Positions 1 to 11,175 of a stretch of 64,000 bases of DNA are shown in pieces; positions within the stretch are counted from its first letter, which is position 1, and every line of letters starts with the position of its first letter. Source of the stretch: Gracilinanus agilis (taxonomy: Eukaryota). A program made the translations under genes and the position numbers. The stretch lies in assembly GCF_016433145.1 (NCBI RefSeq), contig NC_058130.1, positions 759,157,009 to 759,221,008 on the forward strand, given 5' to 3'. Under the pieces are notes generated by a model, which did no database searches, was not told the origin of the DNA, and saw only the letters and a program-made list of their open reading frames with translations.

Positions 1-88
<88 letters not shown>

Positions 89-90
89 TC
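1..90. repeat. (TTTC)n microsatellite at the tail of the adjacent SINE
   Basis: About 22 perfect TTTC units directly abutting the SINE1 3' end. Confidence 0.98.
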
Positions 91-279
91 CTTATCTTCC
101 ATCTTAGAATCCATACTGTGTATTGGTTCCAAGGCAGAAGAGTGGTAAGGGCTAGGCAATGGGGGTTAAGTGACTTGCCCAGGGTCACACAGCTAGGAAG
201 TGTCTGAGGTCAGATTTGAACTTGGGACATCCTGCCTCTAGGCCTGGCTCTCAATCCACTGAGCTACCCAGCTGCCCCC
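91..279 (-). mobile_element. SINE1_Mdo-type tRNA-derived CORE-SINE
   Basis: Reverse complement starts GGGGGCAGCTGGGTAGCTCAGTGGATTGAGAGCC, contains the CORE GTGTGACCCTGGGCAAGTCACTTAACC and ends with the CTCTTCTGCCTTGGAACCAATACACAG tail. Confidence 0.92.
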
Positions 280-664
280 TTCCCCACTTCCTTTAACTGA
301 CCCATATGTGGAGGCCCTTTGCCATTCTGCTTATCCTTCTCTGGACTCTTATAATGTAGCCCAGGCTAAAAGGACCAAGGCAGAGAACAGAAGGCCAGAG
401 AACCTCAGTCCTGGAAGTGTTGTCTCATTTAATACGAACCAAGGTCCCATTCCCTTTCCTTGGCTCCTATAATATGCGATTAATTAATATTGAGTTTATA
501 CTCCACCCTCCTTTCCCTACAACTTAGATCTTTAAACTAACTGCTATTAGCAAAAGCTTATGTATGTCAAAGTCTTTCTCGAAACAATGGCAACCAATTT
601 ATGTTCAGTTCAAGCAAATGGTTTTCCTTTGTTTTCTGGGTTAACCAATAAAGATTTAATAAAT

Positions 665-852
665 ATGCATGCATACACATATACATACAAATGCACACAC
701 ATATATACACATGCATGTGTGTACATATACAAATGCAATGTGCATGTGTGTATATAGACACACATATATCCATCCGTGTATCTATGTTTCAGTCTATATA
801 TCTATGTATTTGTCTGTCTGTCTATGTGTCTATCTGTCTGCCCATCCATCCG
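665..852. repeat. Low-complexity CATATA/TG/TCTA mixed microsatellite
   Basis: Degenerate dinucleotide and tetranucleotide runs that produce the spurious H/T/Y/I-rich ORFs. Confidence 0.85.
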
Positions 853-894
853 TCTATCTCTTATTAAAAAAAAAAAAAAGACTTTGGGTCAGTT

Positions 895-990
895 CATGGA
901 AAATCTTTCCACCGATTACAGTTGCCCCAAAGTGGGATGGGCTGCCTCCCTCCCCAGTTGCTGTATTTCTCCATAAGACAAGTCTTCAGG
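895..990 (+). mobile_element. L3/CR1 LINE 3' fragment
   Basis: gttgccccaaagtgggatgggctgcctc resembles the CR1/L3 3' motif gctgtccaaaagtggaatgggctgcctc. Confidence 0.6.
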
Positions 991-1004
991 AGGAATTAAG
1001 TCAA

Positions 1005-1515
1005 GGGAGCAGACATTTATTAAGTATCTGCCGTGTACCAAAGCACTAAGTGAAGCCCTGGGGATAGGAAGAAAGATAAAAACCAAACCAAATAAATGAA
1101 AATCAGCCCCTGTTCCCAAAGAGCTCACAGTCTAATGGGGGGAGACATCATGCAAACGACCAGGTGCACCCAAAGAAGATCCAGACAGGACACACTGCAG
1201 ATGATTTCAGAGGGGAGGCACTAAGATCAGGCAGAATTGGGAAAGGCTTCCTGTACAAGGGGGGGGGGGGGCGGGATTTTGGTGAAGAACCAAAAGGAAG
1301 GGGGCAGAGATGAGAAGGGAGAACATTCTGGGCACAGAGGACAACAGCGACAGAAAATACACAGAATTTGGAGATGGCTCATCCTGTGCAAGGAGCAGCC
1401 AGAAGGCCAGCGTTACAGCTCTGAGGAACACATGGAGAGTAATGAAGTGTGAGAAGAATGGAGAGGCAGGAGGGGGCCGGGTTGTGAAAGGCTTTGAATG
1501 CCAAACAGAGGGTGA
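1005..1515 (-). mobile_element. L2 LINE 3' fragment
   Basis: Begins catttattaagtatctgccgtgtacc (reverse of the L2 tail) and continues with gagctcacagtctaatgg and gaaaggctttgaatgcc motifs. Confidence 0.8.
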
Positions 1516-1587
1516 ATGACTGCTTGTCAGGGACAACGTAGATGGAGTTCCTGCTCATCTTATAGGTTGGACTAGATTAGAAGGGTC

Positions 1588-1765
1588 AAACACCTGGCCT
1601 ACTCCACCAGCCTGAACCAGATTAAAATGTGATTGCTAAATATTTAACAAAATAAACATACGATAAAACACAGATAATGTTAATATGTGGTTTCTAAGAC
1701 AATATGCTGCCCACAGGGACCTTTATAGAGGGTTTAGTGGAGTTCGACATCATTAAACTAGATGA
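1588..1765. mobile_element. Non-autonomous hAT (Charlie-like) MITE
   Basis: Terminus gggtcaaacacctggcc and AT-rich core aaccagattaaaatgt...gataatgttaatatgtggttt, typical of marsupial hAT MITEs. Confidence 0.65.
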
Positions 1766-1917
1766 CAACTGAGGTGCCCCCAGCTCTAAATCTATATTAT
1801 TATCATCACAAAGATTATTTAGATCAATTCTAATTTCAATGATATGGACATTTAAGTCTAGAGATGTTACTTAAGTTGAACAAGGTCATGTAGGTGGCAA
1901 AGACAGGATTTGAACCC

Positions 1918-1943
<26 letters not shown>
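1918..1943. repeat. (GT)13 microsatellite
   Basis: Seen directly. Confidence 0.95.
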
Positions 1944-1948
<5 letters not shown>

Positions 1949-3308
1949 CAAATTCTAAATCTATTACTTTTTCCACCCTACAATGATGCTTGAATCGTAA
2001 TAAAAGATATGGTTTTGAGTGGCTGGTTACTGTTCTATGTGGGATTTCTCTTCTCTTCTCAATTGGGCTGTAATTGAGAGAAGTCTAAAAGAACGGTGGT
2101 TCTAGGGACAAAAGGTATGTAGATGGTCTCCATGCTGGTTGGTGCGTCCTTGTCCTATGCTGATTTATGATACTCTCTTACTTAGAGAATGGTTGTGAAG
2201 ACTGTATTTTATAAACTTGGAGGGGCTATAAAAATGTGAGTGATTAATATTATTTTGGTTATAATCAGCATTATGGGTAATGTTGAACAAATGGTTAATG
2301 CTGGACATCAGCTGGATAAAACGGAATTATTTGCCTGAAGGTTTGTTCCATGAAAAGGAACATATATGAGCAATTCAATCCTGAAAAATACAATCATCAT
2401 CAATCTACATTTACTGCGCACCTGCCAGGTGTAAGGCCCTATGCCGGGTGCTGGGGGCACAGTAAAAAGTGTGCTCATGCCTGAAGTGGGCATCCTCTGC
2501 GATGACAGTTTATCCTGAGCATTCCTTTCTGCACTTGGGGGTTGCTGCACACTACCTGTTGTCTTCATGTACACGTACATTCTAAAGTTTCCAGAAGCAG
2601 TAGGAATTACAAATGGCGGACAAATGTTACTCGAAGCCAAGCTCCTCATGTGACATCCAGATGGAGGGTGTTCTGAGTCAAATCTGTGTCAACTGATCTT
2701 TGCCTTCCCTACTCAAGTCATCCGGGTGTGAAAATTCTGTGCTCGATAACAACAGCAATAATCTGTCAAGCACTTGGCCCTGGAGGTGCTGAGGTGTTGG
2801 AGATGATGGGCAAACAGTGCTCGGAGGGATGCTGCTCCCAAACAGAGCCACCCACATAATCATTCTAAACATGAAATAGCACCAAGGACCCAGCTAGAGG
2901 GAGAAGACCCCAACTTGGTCATCCCAGATGCTCTGACAGCAACACGGGAGACAATTACAATCCAAAGGCTGGATCTAGGGTGGCGCTGTCCAAGGTCATG
3001 CTTTCAAGTAGTTATACTACAAAGGGCTGTAAAAATCATAAATAAGTAAGCTTATGAATAGTTTATACTTATCCACTTTATTCTAAAAGCTCTGTGGGAC
3101 GTTTTCCCTTTAGTATGGGGATACGAATTTCTTCACACTCAGTTCCAAATAGAAACTATTCTCACCAATGCCTGTTATACATAGGTTATATTTTTTAGGG
3201 GTGGAAGGGACAGGACTTTTTCACAGCTGGGGCTTATCTGCTGGAGAGACAGTTTGATGCAATGGATTAAGAGTCAGAAGATATGGATCTGAATATGGGC
3301 ACTGCTAT

Positions 3309-3563
3309 GGGGTGCTAGGTGGCACCATAGTGCGCAGAGTACTGAGCCTGGAGTTAGGAAGATTCGTCTTCCCAAGTTCAAATCTGGTCTCAGATGCTTA
3401 CTAGCTGTGTGACCTTGGGCAAGTCATTTAACCCTGTTTGTTCAGATTCCTTTATCTGTAAAATGATCTGGAGAAGAAAATGGCAAACCACTCCAGTATC
3501 TTTGCCAAGAAAACCCCAAATGGGGTCCCAAAGAGTTGGACATGACTGAAATAATTGAACAAC
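3309..3563 (+). mobile_element. MAR1 CORE-SINE with BovB/RTE-type tail
   Basis: tRNA-like head, CORE, and tail ggagaagaaaatggcaaaccactccagtatctttgccaagaaaacccc...gacatgactgaa. Confidence 0.9.
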
Positions 3564-4669
3564 ACTTATTATCTGCTGAACACTAGAGGCTAATATTCCA
3601 TAAATACTGGATTTTGGAATTAGGACCCATGATTGATTTCCCGCTCTGCCCCTAATTTCCTTATATGACCCTAGGCAAGTCATTCCCCTCTCTGATAGGT
3701 CAGAGTTTGGTATTCCGAAACTGGGCAGGGAGAGTTGGACTAGATGAAGTCCCTTCTAATTCTAAATCCATGATCCAATGATTCTATTTATTCTCAAAAT
3801 AAGCGAATGGGATAAGCTAATATTGCCCCTACTCCCCCTCCATGAGTTCCTAGACCAAAAATAATGCAGGAAGAAACACAGTATATTTTCCTGAAATCAG
3901 CCAGAGATTGACAGAGTGGAAATAGAACACAGATCTCCAAGCTTCTAATTCCTGACCCACACAAGCTGGTGATTGCTGCTGACTGGCGGGGCAGAATGGT
4001 ACAGAGCGGAGAGATAGAGCTGATGGTCACAGTATTTAGACGCACAGTGTTGATAACTGGTATTCAGACAGGTGCCCAAGGAGATGACTGTTCAGTTATC
4101 ATGGTCTTCTTTCAGAAAGAATTCTGTTGTCTATCCTCTGGGCTATGCAGTCAGGTGGGAAAGCAAAATAAAATAAAAAAGTCCTGGTCTACCAGCCTCT
4201 GAAGGCGGCAGAAAGAGTTGTAGTACCAGACATTTGGCAAATGAGATGGTCAAAAATCAACTCAGAGGATTTTAGAATCAAAAGGGATCTTAAGACAAAG
4301 AACATCACAACTGGAGGCAACCACTGATTTAGAGCTGGAAGGGGGTTCAGAAGCCATCTTTTATAATGCTCTCATCTTTACAGATGAGGAAACTGAGGCT
4401 GGAGGGGGTTAACCTGTCCCAAGTACCCTCAGGGGCTCTATCACTCCAGGATAGTAGCAGTTGAATAAGGGCACCATGTCATCCCATCCCAAACCCTTTT
4501 TATAGGTGGGATGGAATTGAATTCTCTAGCGTGACCTTGATCCTTTTTTCTTCTTCTCCCGAAATTCCCCGTTACGGTCAAGGGCAAAACTACTGTACTC
4601 AAAAAAATTCCCAAGATTCTCACTCTTAACCTACACATCCAAGCAGTTGCCCAATATTATTGTTGTTAC

Positions 4670-4870
4670 ATCCAAAGCATTTTTCATCTCCATCTCCTTC
4701 TTTCCACTCATGGAATCATCATTCTAGTTTAGGCCCTCACCACCTCTCACTTGGATTATTGGGATAGTGTCCTCAATGATGGCTTCCCTATACCAGGTCT
4801 CTATATATAGCTGCCAAAAAGATATCTTGTTATTCTTCTACTCAAGAAATTCCACTGGCTCTTCTATCAC
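4670..4870 (+). mobile_element. L2 fragment
   Basis: Contains tctagtttaggccctcaccacctctcacttggattatt and ctcaagaaattccactggctc, characteristic L2 motifs. Confidence 0.7.
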
Positions 4871-4879
4871 CCTTTAAGA

Positions 4880-5102
4880 GCAAGTATTATTCCATCCTTT
4901 TCTTATTCTTTTAAAATTCTGCTTCTGTGTAGGTTTTGTAATGTATATAGTTATTATACACACATATAAAGAAATGAAACTTGTATTTTATTATTATATT
5001 ATACAAGTAAATGTGCATATATTGGAAGATGTATGCTTGAACTTTTTATTTTTTTAAAATTGATATGGGTGTGTGATCAATAAATTTTGGGGATCATTGT
5101 CC
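4880..5102. mobile_element. hAT-Charlie-like DNA transposon remnant
   Basis: AT-rich body ending aataaattttggggatcattg, similar to Charlie termini (aaagtttggggaccactg). Confidence 0.5.
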
Positions 5103-5422
5103 TGGAGTACAGAATTCCAGAGCTGGAAGGCACCTTTATTGAACCTAATCTTTTTATTTTACAAATGAGGAAATCGAAGCTAAGAGATGCGAAGGTTACA
5201 CAGGGCAGCATTTAATTCAGGTGTTCTGGTTTCTAGCATTTTCTATAGTTTCCTACAAGTTCTATTCCTCACCCCCACAGATCCCAGAGCCCCTAATGAG
5301 TCCTGGGCTGTATTTCACTTCTGGCTGGTTGCTAAATGCTTAAAGCTTATCAACAATCAGCAAATTAGTACATGGTGCTCATGTTGACTGGCCTGTTCTC
5401 CGTATGGAAGTGTGTTTAGTTC

Positions 5423-5628
5423 CTTTTTTTTTTTTTTTTTTTTAATAAAACCCTTCTGACTTAGAATTGAAACTAAGTGTCAGTTCCAAAAGAGCGGTAA
5501 GGGCTAGGCAATTGGGGTTAAGTGATTTGCCCAGGACTAAAGAGTCAGAAGTGTCTGAGGTAATATTTGAATCCAGGACCTCCCACCTCCAGGCTTGGAG
5601 CTCTATCCACTGAGCCACCTAGCTATCC
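5423..5628 (-). mobile_element. SINE1_Mdo-type SINE (older subfamily) with poly-A tail
   Basis: T22 followed by cttagaattgaaactaag...gcggtaagggctaggcaattggggttaagtg...tccactgagccacctagct. Confidence 0.88.
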
Positions 5629-6021
5629 CACGTTTGTTTCTTTAGCTGAGATCTTCTTTATACACCAGGGGCCAAAAGCATATCTGAATGGTTCAAGTTG
5701 AGCTCAGTGAGGGAGACACCGACAGGGAAATCTCTGTCATTTACGTTCTGAAAGATGCATTGTGTGGGCCAAGGTAGAGCATAGTAGGTGGCTAATGATG
5801 ACTTGCATGTGAGAAATGTGGTTCCCAATCTTCCTCCTGAGGATGAGGCCCACTTTTTAAGGTCAAATAATTTCCCCCTCTCTCCCCACCTCTAATAGAG
5901 ATAGCAGACTATTAGTACCCGTGGACCAAGAAAACATACACGGGCCAAATGACACTGTTCGGTAGAGATTTGCAGACCCCTTGCAATGACTCTTGTGCCT
6001 TGAGAGATCCTTGATCTGGAG

Positions 6022-6135
6022 CAGAGGTCTGCAAACTACGGCCAAGGGTCAAATCTGGCCACCACTTGTTTCTGGAAGGCTCAAGAGCCAAGAATGATTT
6101 TTACATTTAAAAATATAATCGTTTGCTGACCCCTG
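6022..6135 (+). mobile_element. MER58/Cheshire-like hAT MITE with both terminal inverted repeats
   Basis: Left TIR CAGAGGTCTGCAAAC and right TIR GTTTGCTGACCCCTG. Flanks ATCTGGAG and GTCTAGAA fit an NTCTAGAN Charlie-type 8-bp target site duplication. Confidence 0.85.
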
Positions 6136-6589
6136 GTCTAGAATATGGGAGTCACTGTCATCAAAGGCATCCTTAAGGTCATAAATAACTGGAAAAGGAA
6201 GTAAGGTGACAGGTCAGGAAGTGAGAGTGAGGACAGATGAAATATTATACTGGCATTCCTGAAAAATGAAGGCCCTGGGAAAATACCCAGGACACACCTA
6301 ATGGATCCTCGAAGGGAGATTTAAAGAAAGATAGTTACAAACTACTTAGGATGAGAAGTTACAGGTTGGATTGTGATCTGCCCTGGTGTTGGGGTATATC
6401 CACATAGTTGAGACCCCAGAAGTATTCCAGCATGAAAGTTACCATAAGTCTACCATCTGGCTCTTATGCCTAATCATCTTGGTTTGTGGGTTAAAAAATT
6501 TTTTTTCCTCCAGTATCCCTTTGCTATGCTACGGATAACTAGGAGGATGGGGTGTCTGTCTGTCTGCCTATCTATATCTGTTCATCTGT

Positions 6590-6591
<2 letters not shown>

Positions 6592-6638
<47 letters not shown>
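6592..6638. repeat. (TC)n microsatellite
   Basis: Seen directly. Confidence 0.95.
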
Positions 6639-6641
<3 letters not shown>

Positions 6642-6744
6642 CCACAATTCAGACTAATAGAAGCCCTACCTAGTGATATTGAATGCACCAAACTATAAAA
6701 CAAAGGCTTTCTCATGCAGGAGGAGGTGTCCATTAACACTGGTA

Positions 6745-7246
6745 TAAGTCAGTCAATAAACACCTAGTATGTGCCTACTGCATGCTAGGTCCTGTGCTAA
6801 ATGCTGGGCATATCAAGAAAGCCAAAGCTGGTTTTTGCTCTTCAAGAGCTCCCAGTTGAATGCAGGAAATAACAATTACGTACAAACAAACAGTAGACAG
6901 GATCAATGGGAGATAAGCAACAGGAAAAAAAAAAGCACTGGGATCAAGGAAGTCCAGGAAAGGCATCCTGGAAAGTGTAAGGGTTTTAGCTGAGGCTTGA
7001 AGGAAGTAGGAAGCAGAGGTGAGGAGGGAGAATACATCAGGCATGGGGGATTGCCAATGGAAGTGCCCAGAGGTGAGATATGGAAGAATAGCAAGAAGGT
7101 CAGTGTTACTGGATCAGAGTGCTGGGGGAACAGGGGACAGATGAGGTATAAGAAGATAAGAAAGGTGGATGGAGGAACACCAGGTTATAAAGGGCTTTGA
7201 ATGCCAAAGAGAAGATTTTCTTTTTGATCCTAGAGACAAGAGAGAG
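6745..7246 (-). mobile_element. L2 3' fragment
   Basis: tcagtcaataaacacctagtatgtgcc...aagggctttgaatgccaaag, running into the gap. Confidence 0.8.
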
Positions 7247-7483
7247 NNNNNNNNNNNNNNNNNNNNNNNNNNNNNNNNNNNNNNNNNNNNNNNNNNNNNN
7301 NNNNNNNNNNNNNNNNNNNNNNNNNNNNNNNNNNNNNNNNNNNNNNNNNNNNNNNNNNNNNNNNNNNNNNNNNNNNNNNNNNNNNNNNNNNNNNNNNNNN
7401 NNNNNNNNNNNNNNNNNNNNNNNNNNNNNNNNNNNNNNNNNNNNNNNNNNNNNNNNNNNNNNNNNNNNNNNNNNNNNNNNNNN
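7247..7483. other. Assembly gap (237 N)
   Basis: Run of N. Confidence 1.
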
Positions 7484-7489
7484 CTTTTA

Positions 7490-7814
7490 AGCCAGATTCA
7501 AGAAGCATTTAAGAAGCACTTGCTATGTATAAGACATAAGGGTCAAGAATCCAGGTCCTGCATCTGACACATCTCTGTGACTATGGGAAAACTGCTTGCT
7601 CACACAGTGCCCGAGCCTCCATAACATGCATAGAAGTTGCTAATTTAAATGAGTGGAAAAAGTGTGAATAATGGGAGCACTTGATGCTGATATAATCATA
7701 GATCTATTAAAAAAAGAAATGGCGAGGATTGGATCCTGGGGATCCAAAGATAAAATGAGAAATAATTTCTGCCCTCAGGGAGCTTATATTTTAGGTCTAT
7801 AACTATTCCTTATA

Positions 7815-7859
<45 letters not shown>

Positions 7860-8290
7860 ATAAAATTCAGTTTATTTATCTCTTTATCTAAATACAACCT
7901 AACTGAGGGAAGGCAAGAGATGGGAAAAGGCTTCCTGAAGGAAGTGCTGAGTGGGCTGAACCTTGAAGAAAGCTCAGGCTTCTAGGAGACAGCAGTTAGA
8001 AGACAGACTGCTGAGTTCAGAGGCTCCCAAGTAGGTGGACTGGTCAATGTGTGAAATAAGCTTGGAAAGGAAAGGCAGGTTGTGAGGGGCTCTAAACCCC
8101 CAGGAGAAGAGTCTGTGATTTGTTTTGTTGGTGATAAGAGTGGGCCACACAAGGTTCTTGAATGAAGGAGTGATGTGATTGGAGCTTTATTTTAAGAAGA
8201 TCATTTTGGTAACTGTTTTGGGAGAATGAGTTGGAAGAATAGGAAGAACAACAGGCCAAAGGATGTGTTAAGGACCTGAATGGGTGGTGG
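7490..8290 (-). mobile_element. L2 fragments interrupted by MIR-like sequence and (AC)n at 7817-7855
   Basis: Contains gcatttaagaagcacttgctatgt, ctgccctcagggagctta, aaaggcttcctgaagga and gaagatcattttgg. Confidence 0.65.
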
Positions 8291-8379
8291 GGGACATGGA
8301 GAGCAAGAGAGAGGTGTGATAACCATGACTTTCAGTTTGTTCCACAAACAAGACTCTCCATGTCCAGACTCTAAGCCTT

Positions 8380-8700
8380 TTCTCTGGCTGACTCCTAGGC
8401 CTGGAATGCCCTCCCTCCTTTTCTCTGTCTTCTGGCTTCCTTTGCTTACTTCAAGGCCCAGCTAAACTCCCACCTTCCTGAGGAAACCTTTCAAGGATCC
8501 TCTTAATTCTAGTGCTTTCCTTCTGTTAAAAGCGTTTCCTATTCATCTTGTACATGGTTTATTTGTGTATCTTTGGTTGCTTCCTGTCTCCTTTTAGACT
8601 CTGAGCTCCTCGAGGGCAGGGGCAGCCCTTTCTTCTTTTTACATCCTCAGGGCTTAGCATAGAGGCAGGGTATATTAAGTGTTGATTATTTAGTTTATTG
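8380..8700 (+). mobile_element. L2 3' fragment
   Basis: Contains ggcctggaatgccctcc, ttagactctgagctcctcgagggcagg and cagggcttagcatag. Confidence 0.8.
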
Positions 8701-9634
8701 ATGAGTGAGAATGAACTGACAGGATGTGGCAACTTGTGTGTGTATATGTGTGTATGGGTATGTATGTGTGTGAGTGTGAGTGTGTGTAGAGTGTGTGAAT
8801 CCATTCATTTGTTTCAAGAAAAGTCACCCATGAAGGAACATGAGAGTGCTAGTTCCTGGCTATTACCAGCCCAGGCTCAGCTGACAGTGGGGTCTAGGGT
8901 GGAAGAGTCCAATGAATGCAGCAGCTCTTGAGTAGTTTCCTCAGGCCCTCTCACATCTACATGACCGGAAGGCCCTGGGGTCATAGCCCGATCAAGGAGG
9001 GCCCTCTGGCCCTTCGAGACTCCCCCAGTCCAGGAGAGGGAGAGGCAGGTGGAGGGATAAAGCCCATTACAATGAGATCGACATAGGCTTGGTTCCTTGG
9101 ACCAACATGAGGACAGGTGGTTGTGGTAGGGCCAGAAGCCAAGCTTTTTCACCCCCACTAGCAGTTTTTGCTTGTAAGTCAAATGACCCTGTAGACTAGA
9201 AACTGGGCCCATGACTTACAATCTGTTGTCTCGCCCCTGGTCATGGGATCACAGGCTCAGAGCTGGAGGGGACTTTAGAGGACACTATCTACTCCGATTT
9301 TCCCAGCCCATAATAACATAACTAATGCCTACTTCTAGGTAGGACAATACGGGCCCTGCCTTTGACTCTGAATCACCTATGTTTGCTCCAAGACAGGAAG
9401 GTGCCAGAGTACCAAAAGGGTGGGGCCAGGAGACAATTGCCAAACCAGAATGCCTCATGGGGTCAGGGGCTGACTCCTGGGACTGGGAAGCCAGAACTTG
9501 GGATTTATGAGAGGTGGGCTAACCAATACCTTGTGTGATTTTAAGGGGACCACAATCCTAGTGAGCCAATGGTGGGCTCCTGGACAAAGGCTGTATTGCT
9601 GAAGGTCCGAACATTAAGTAGGAAGAAGGGCCTG

Positions 9635-9935
9635 TGATACTCAATTCTGATCAAGCCACATCTGGAGGGCTCGTTCTGGGTTATGATTCTAGAAGTGCCT
9701 CCAAAATGGATTGCATTCAGGATGGGGAGTAAATTGGGAACCACTGAAAAATGGCTCTGGGAGAACTGGCCTGCCCTCAGGGATGGAAAGAGCATTTGCT
9801 CAGCTCCAAAGGGCCAAGCTCAGCTACAGACAACAGGTGGAAGTTGAAAAGGCTGGTTCTGACTTGATGGCTGGAAGAAATTCCTCATAATGAAAACTGT
9901 CTGAAGATGAGATGAAGTGTCTCAAGGGGTTTTAG
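9635..9935 (+). mobile_element. L3/CR1 fragment
   Basis: Contains gatcaagccacatctggag, ggtggaagttgaaaagg and gaagaaattcctcataat, resembling the CR1/L3 3' region. Confidence 0.6.
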
Positions 9936-9969
9936 ACATTTCAACGGTGACTGTTGAGTGGAGGACAGA

Positions 9970-10427
9970 GACCAGTCAACCAGCAGGAATTTATTAAGAA
10001 CCTACTATGTGCCAGGCAAAAGTGACACAAATACAAAGAATGGAATTGTTCTGACTCTTAAGGGTGCTGGGAGGATCCCTGTAAAAGTCCTTGGGGATCT
10101 CTGCCAATCTTGAGGTTCTGTAAGCCTGTCTCTTCTTGGGTCTGACTCCAAAAATCTGCCATTCATCTCCGCTGGGTCTCCTATGGTCGTTGGTGCACTG
10201 ATCTGTTGATGTGTCTGCCTGAGATATGGGGAATGATGGGCCCATTTCCCTCGACTTTGATTCATCAGAGGCTGGTGACCATCTGCTCTCCCCTCTGCCC
10301 CTGTCCCGCTGAGGCCAAAATGCATCCTTTCCCAGAGGCTCGGAGGCCCAGAGGCCTCTCATCCCCAGCTCCCAACAGAAACAGGGAAGGCGTACCTCTC
10401 TCCACCAGGGAGCTGCTGAAGTATCTG
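9970..10427 (-). other. RBM19: Probable proximal RBM19 3' UTR
   Basis: Sequence from the stop codon to just past the first minus-strand AATAAA (9995-9990). The 3' end is inferred, with no transcript evidence. Confidence 0.5.
9990..9995 (-). terminator. Candidate polyadenylation signal AATAAA inside an L2 tail
   Basis: Plus strand tttatt at 9990-9995 is the first hexamer about 430 nt downstream of the RBM19 stop. It sits in the L2-type motif atttattaagaacctactatgtgccagg. Confidence 0.45.
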
Positions 10428-10522
10428 CTACTCGCCGCCCTCGTTTTCGCCCTCGTTTTCGCCCTCCTCCAGCTGCTCCAGGATCTCGTCCAACACCACA
10501 GACCGCCTTTTCTTTGGGGAAT
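10428..10522 (-). CDS. RBM19: RBM19 last coding exon, ending at TAG (10430-10428)
   Basis: Minus strand reads catttcttctcttctgccatctgggctcctacag|AT TCC CCA AAG ..., giving (D)SPKKRRSVVLDEILEQLEEGENEGENEGGE*. Recalled human sequence is EPPKKKRSVVLDEILEQLEGSDSDSEEQTLQL. The phase 1 junction matches the previous exon. Confidence 0.96.
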
Positions 10523-11054
10523 CTGTAGGAGCCCAGATGGCAGAAGAGAAGAAATGAACAGCCAAGAGGGTTGGGAGGCAGGAAGACAGAAAAGGCAGAA
10601 AGAAGGGGAGGGAAAAAAAAGGAATATTGTAAGATAGGCATCAGCTCATCATGGCGAAGAGCACAACTTCTCCTTTGACCCAATGCCTTGGTGGTCCCCA
10701 TGGCATCTTTTCAAAGTTCTATTGCCCTCAGGAAAAGTAATCTCTTTCTAAAAAACCAGGCAGAAAATCCCTCATGTTCTCATTGCATCCTTCTCAGGTC
10801 TATCACACAGAAGGGAAACTAAAGTTAGGATGGTTGGAGATCAGAGAACAAAGGAAGGGATTTTTCTTTGGATAGCCTCAGTCAACAGGGAGGCATGGTC
10901 TGGAAATTTCTTGTTTCTTTTTTGGGGGAAGAGGACACTCTTGGCTACTCTGCAGATAGTGACAGGGGACCAGGATGGAGAGACAGGATTGGAAGGGGCT
11001 GCCTTTTCATTAGTCCAACAGTTGGGGGATGGAGTGTCATCTAGTCTAAATCCT

Positions 11055-11175
11055 TCATTTTTCCTCTGTAGAGGAAAATGAAGTACAGAGAAAGAAAATG
11101 ACTTGCCCAAGGTCACACAAGTAGTGAGTAGCAGAGATGGGATTTGAATCTATGTCCTTCAACTCCAAATCTGGC
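11055..11175 (-). mobile_element. MIR SINE
   Basis: gaggaaaatgaag...tgacttgcccaaggtcacac...gggatttgaatc. Confidence 0.8.

Noticed and set aside
91-279. tRNA-like A and B boxes in many elements
   Set aside because: These are SINE heads followed by CORE and tail sequence. No complete cloverleaf tRNA gene, rRNA or snRNA was recognised.
2308-2649. ORF containing an FN3-like motif (PGIGPYTWQVRSKC)
   Set aside because: The motif is the reverse reading of an L2 tail-like sequence (catttactgcgcacctgccagg...gtgctgggggcacag). There are no supporting exons.
10206-10637. 143-aa plus-strand ORF with a transmembrane-like stretch (LLKYLLLAALVFALVFALLQLL)
   Set aside because: It is the antisense shadow of the Glu-rich RBM19 last exon. 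GAG codons read as CTC (Leu), and the repeated ALVF comes from the 12-bp duplication.
9994-10701. 235-aa minus-strand ORF
   Set aside because: It overlaps the RBM19 last exon in the wrong frame, crosses the polypyrimidine tract, ends in an L2 and resembles no known protein.
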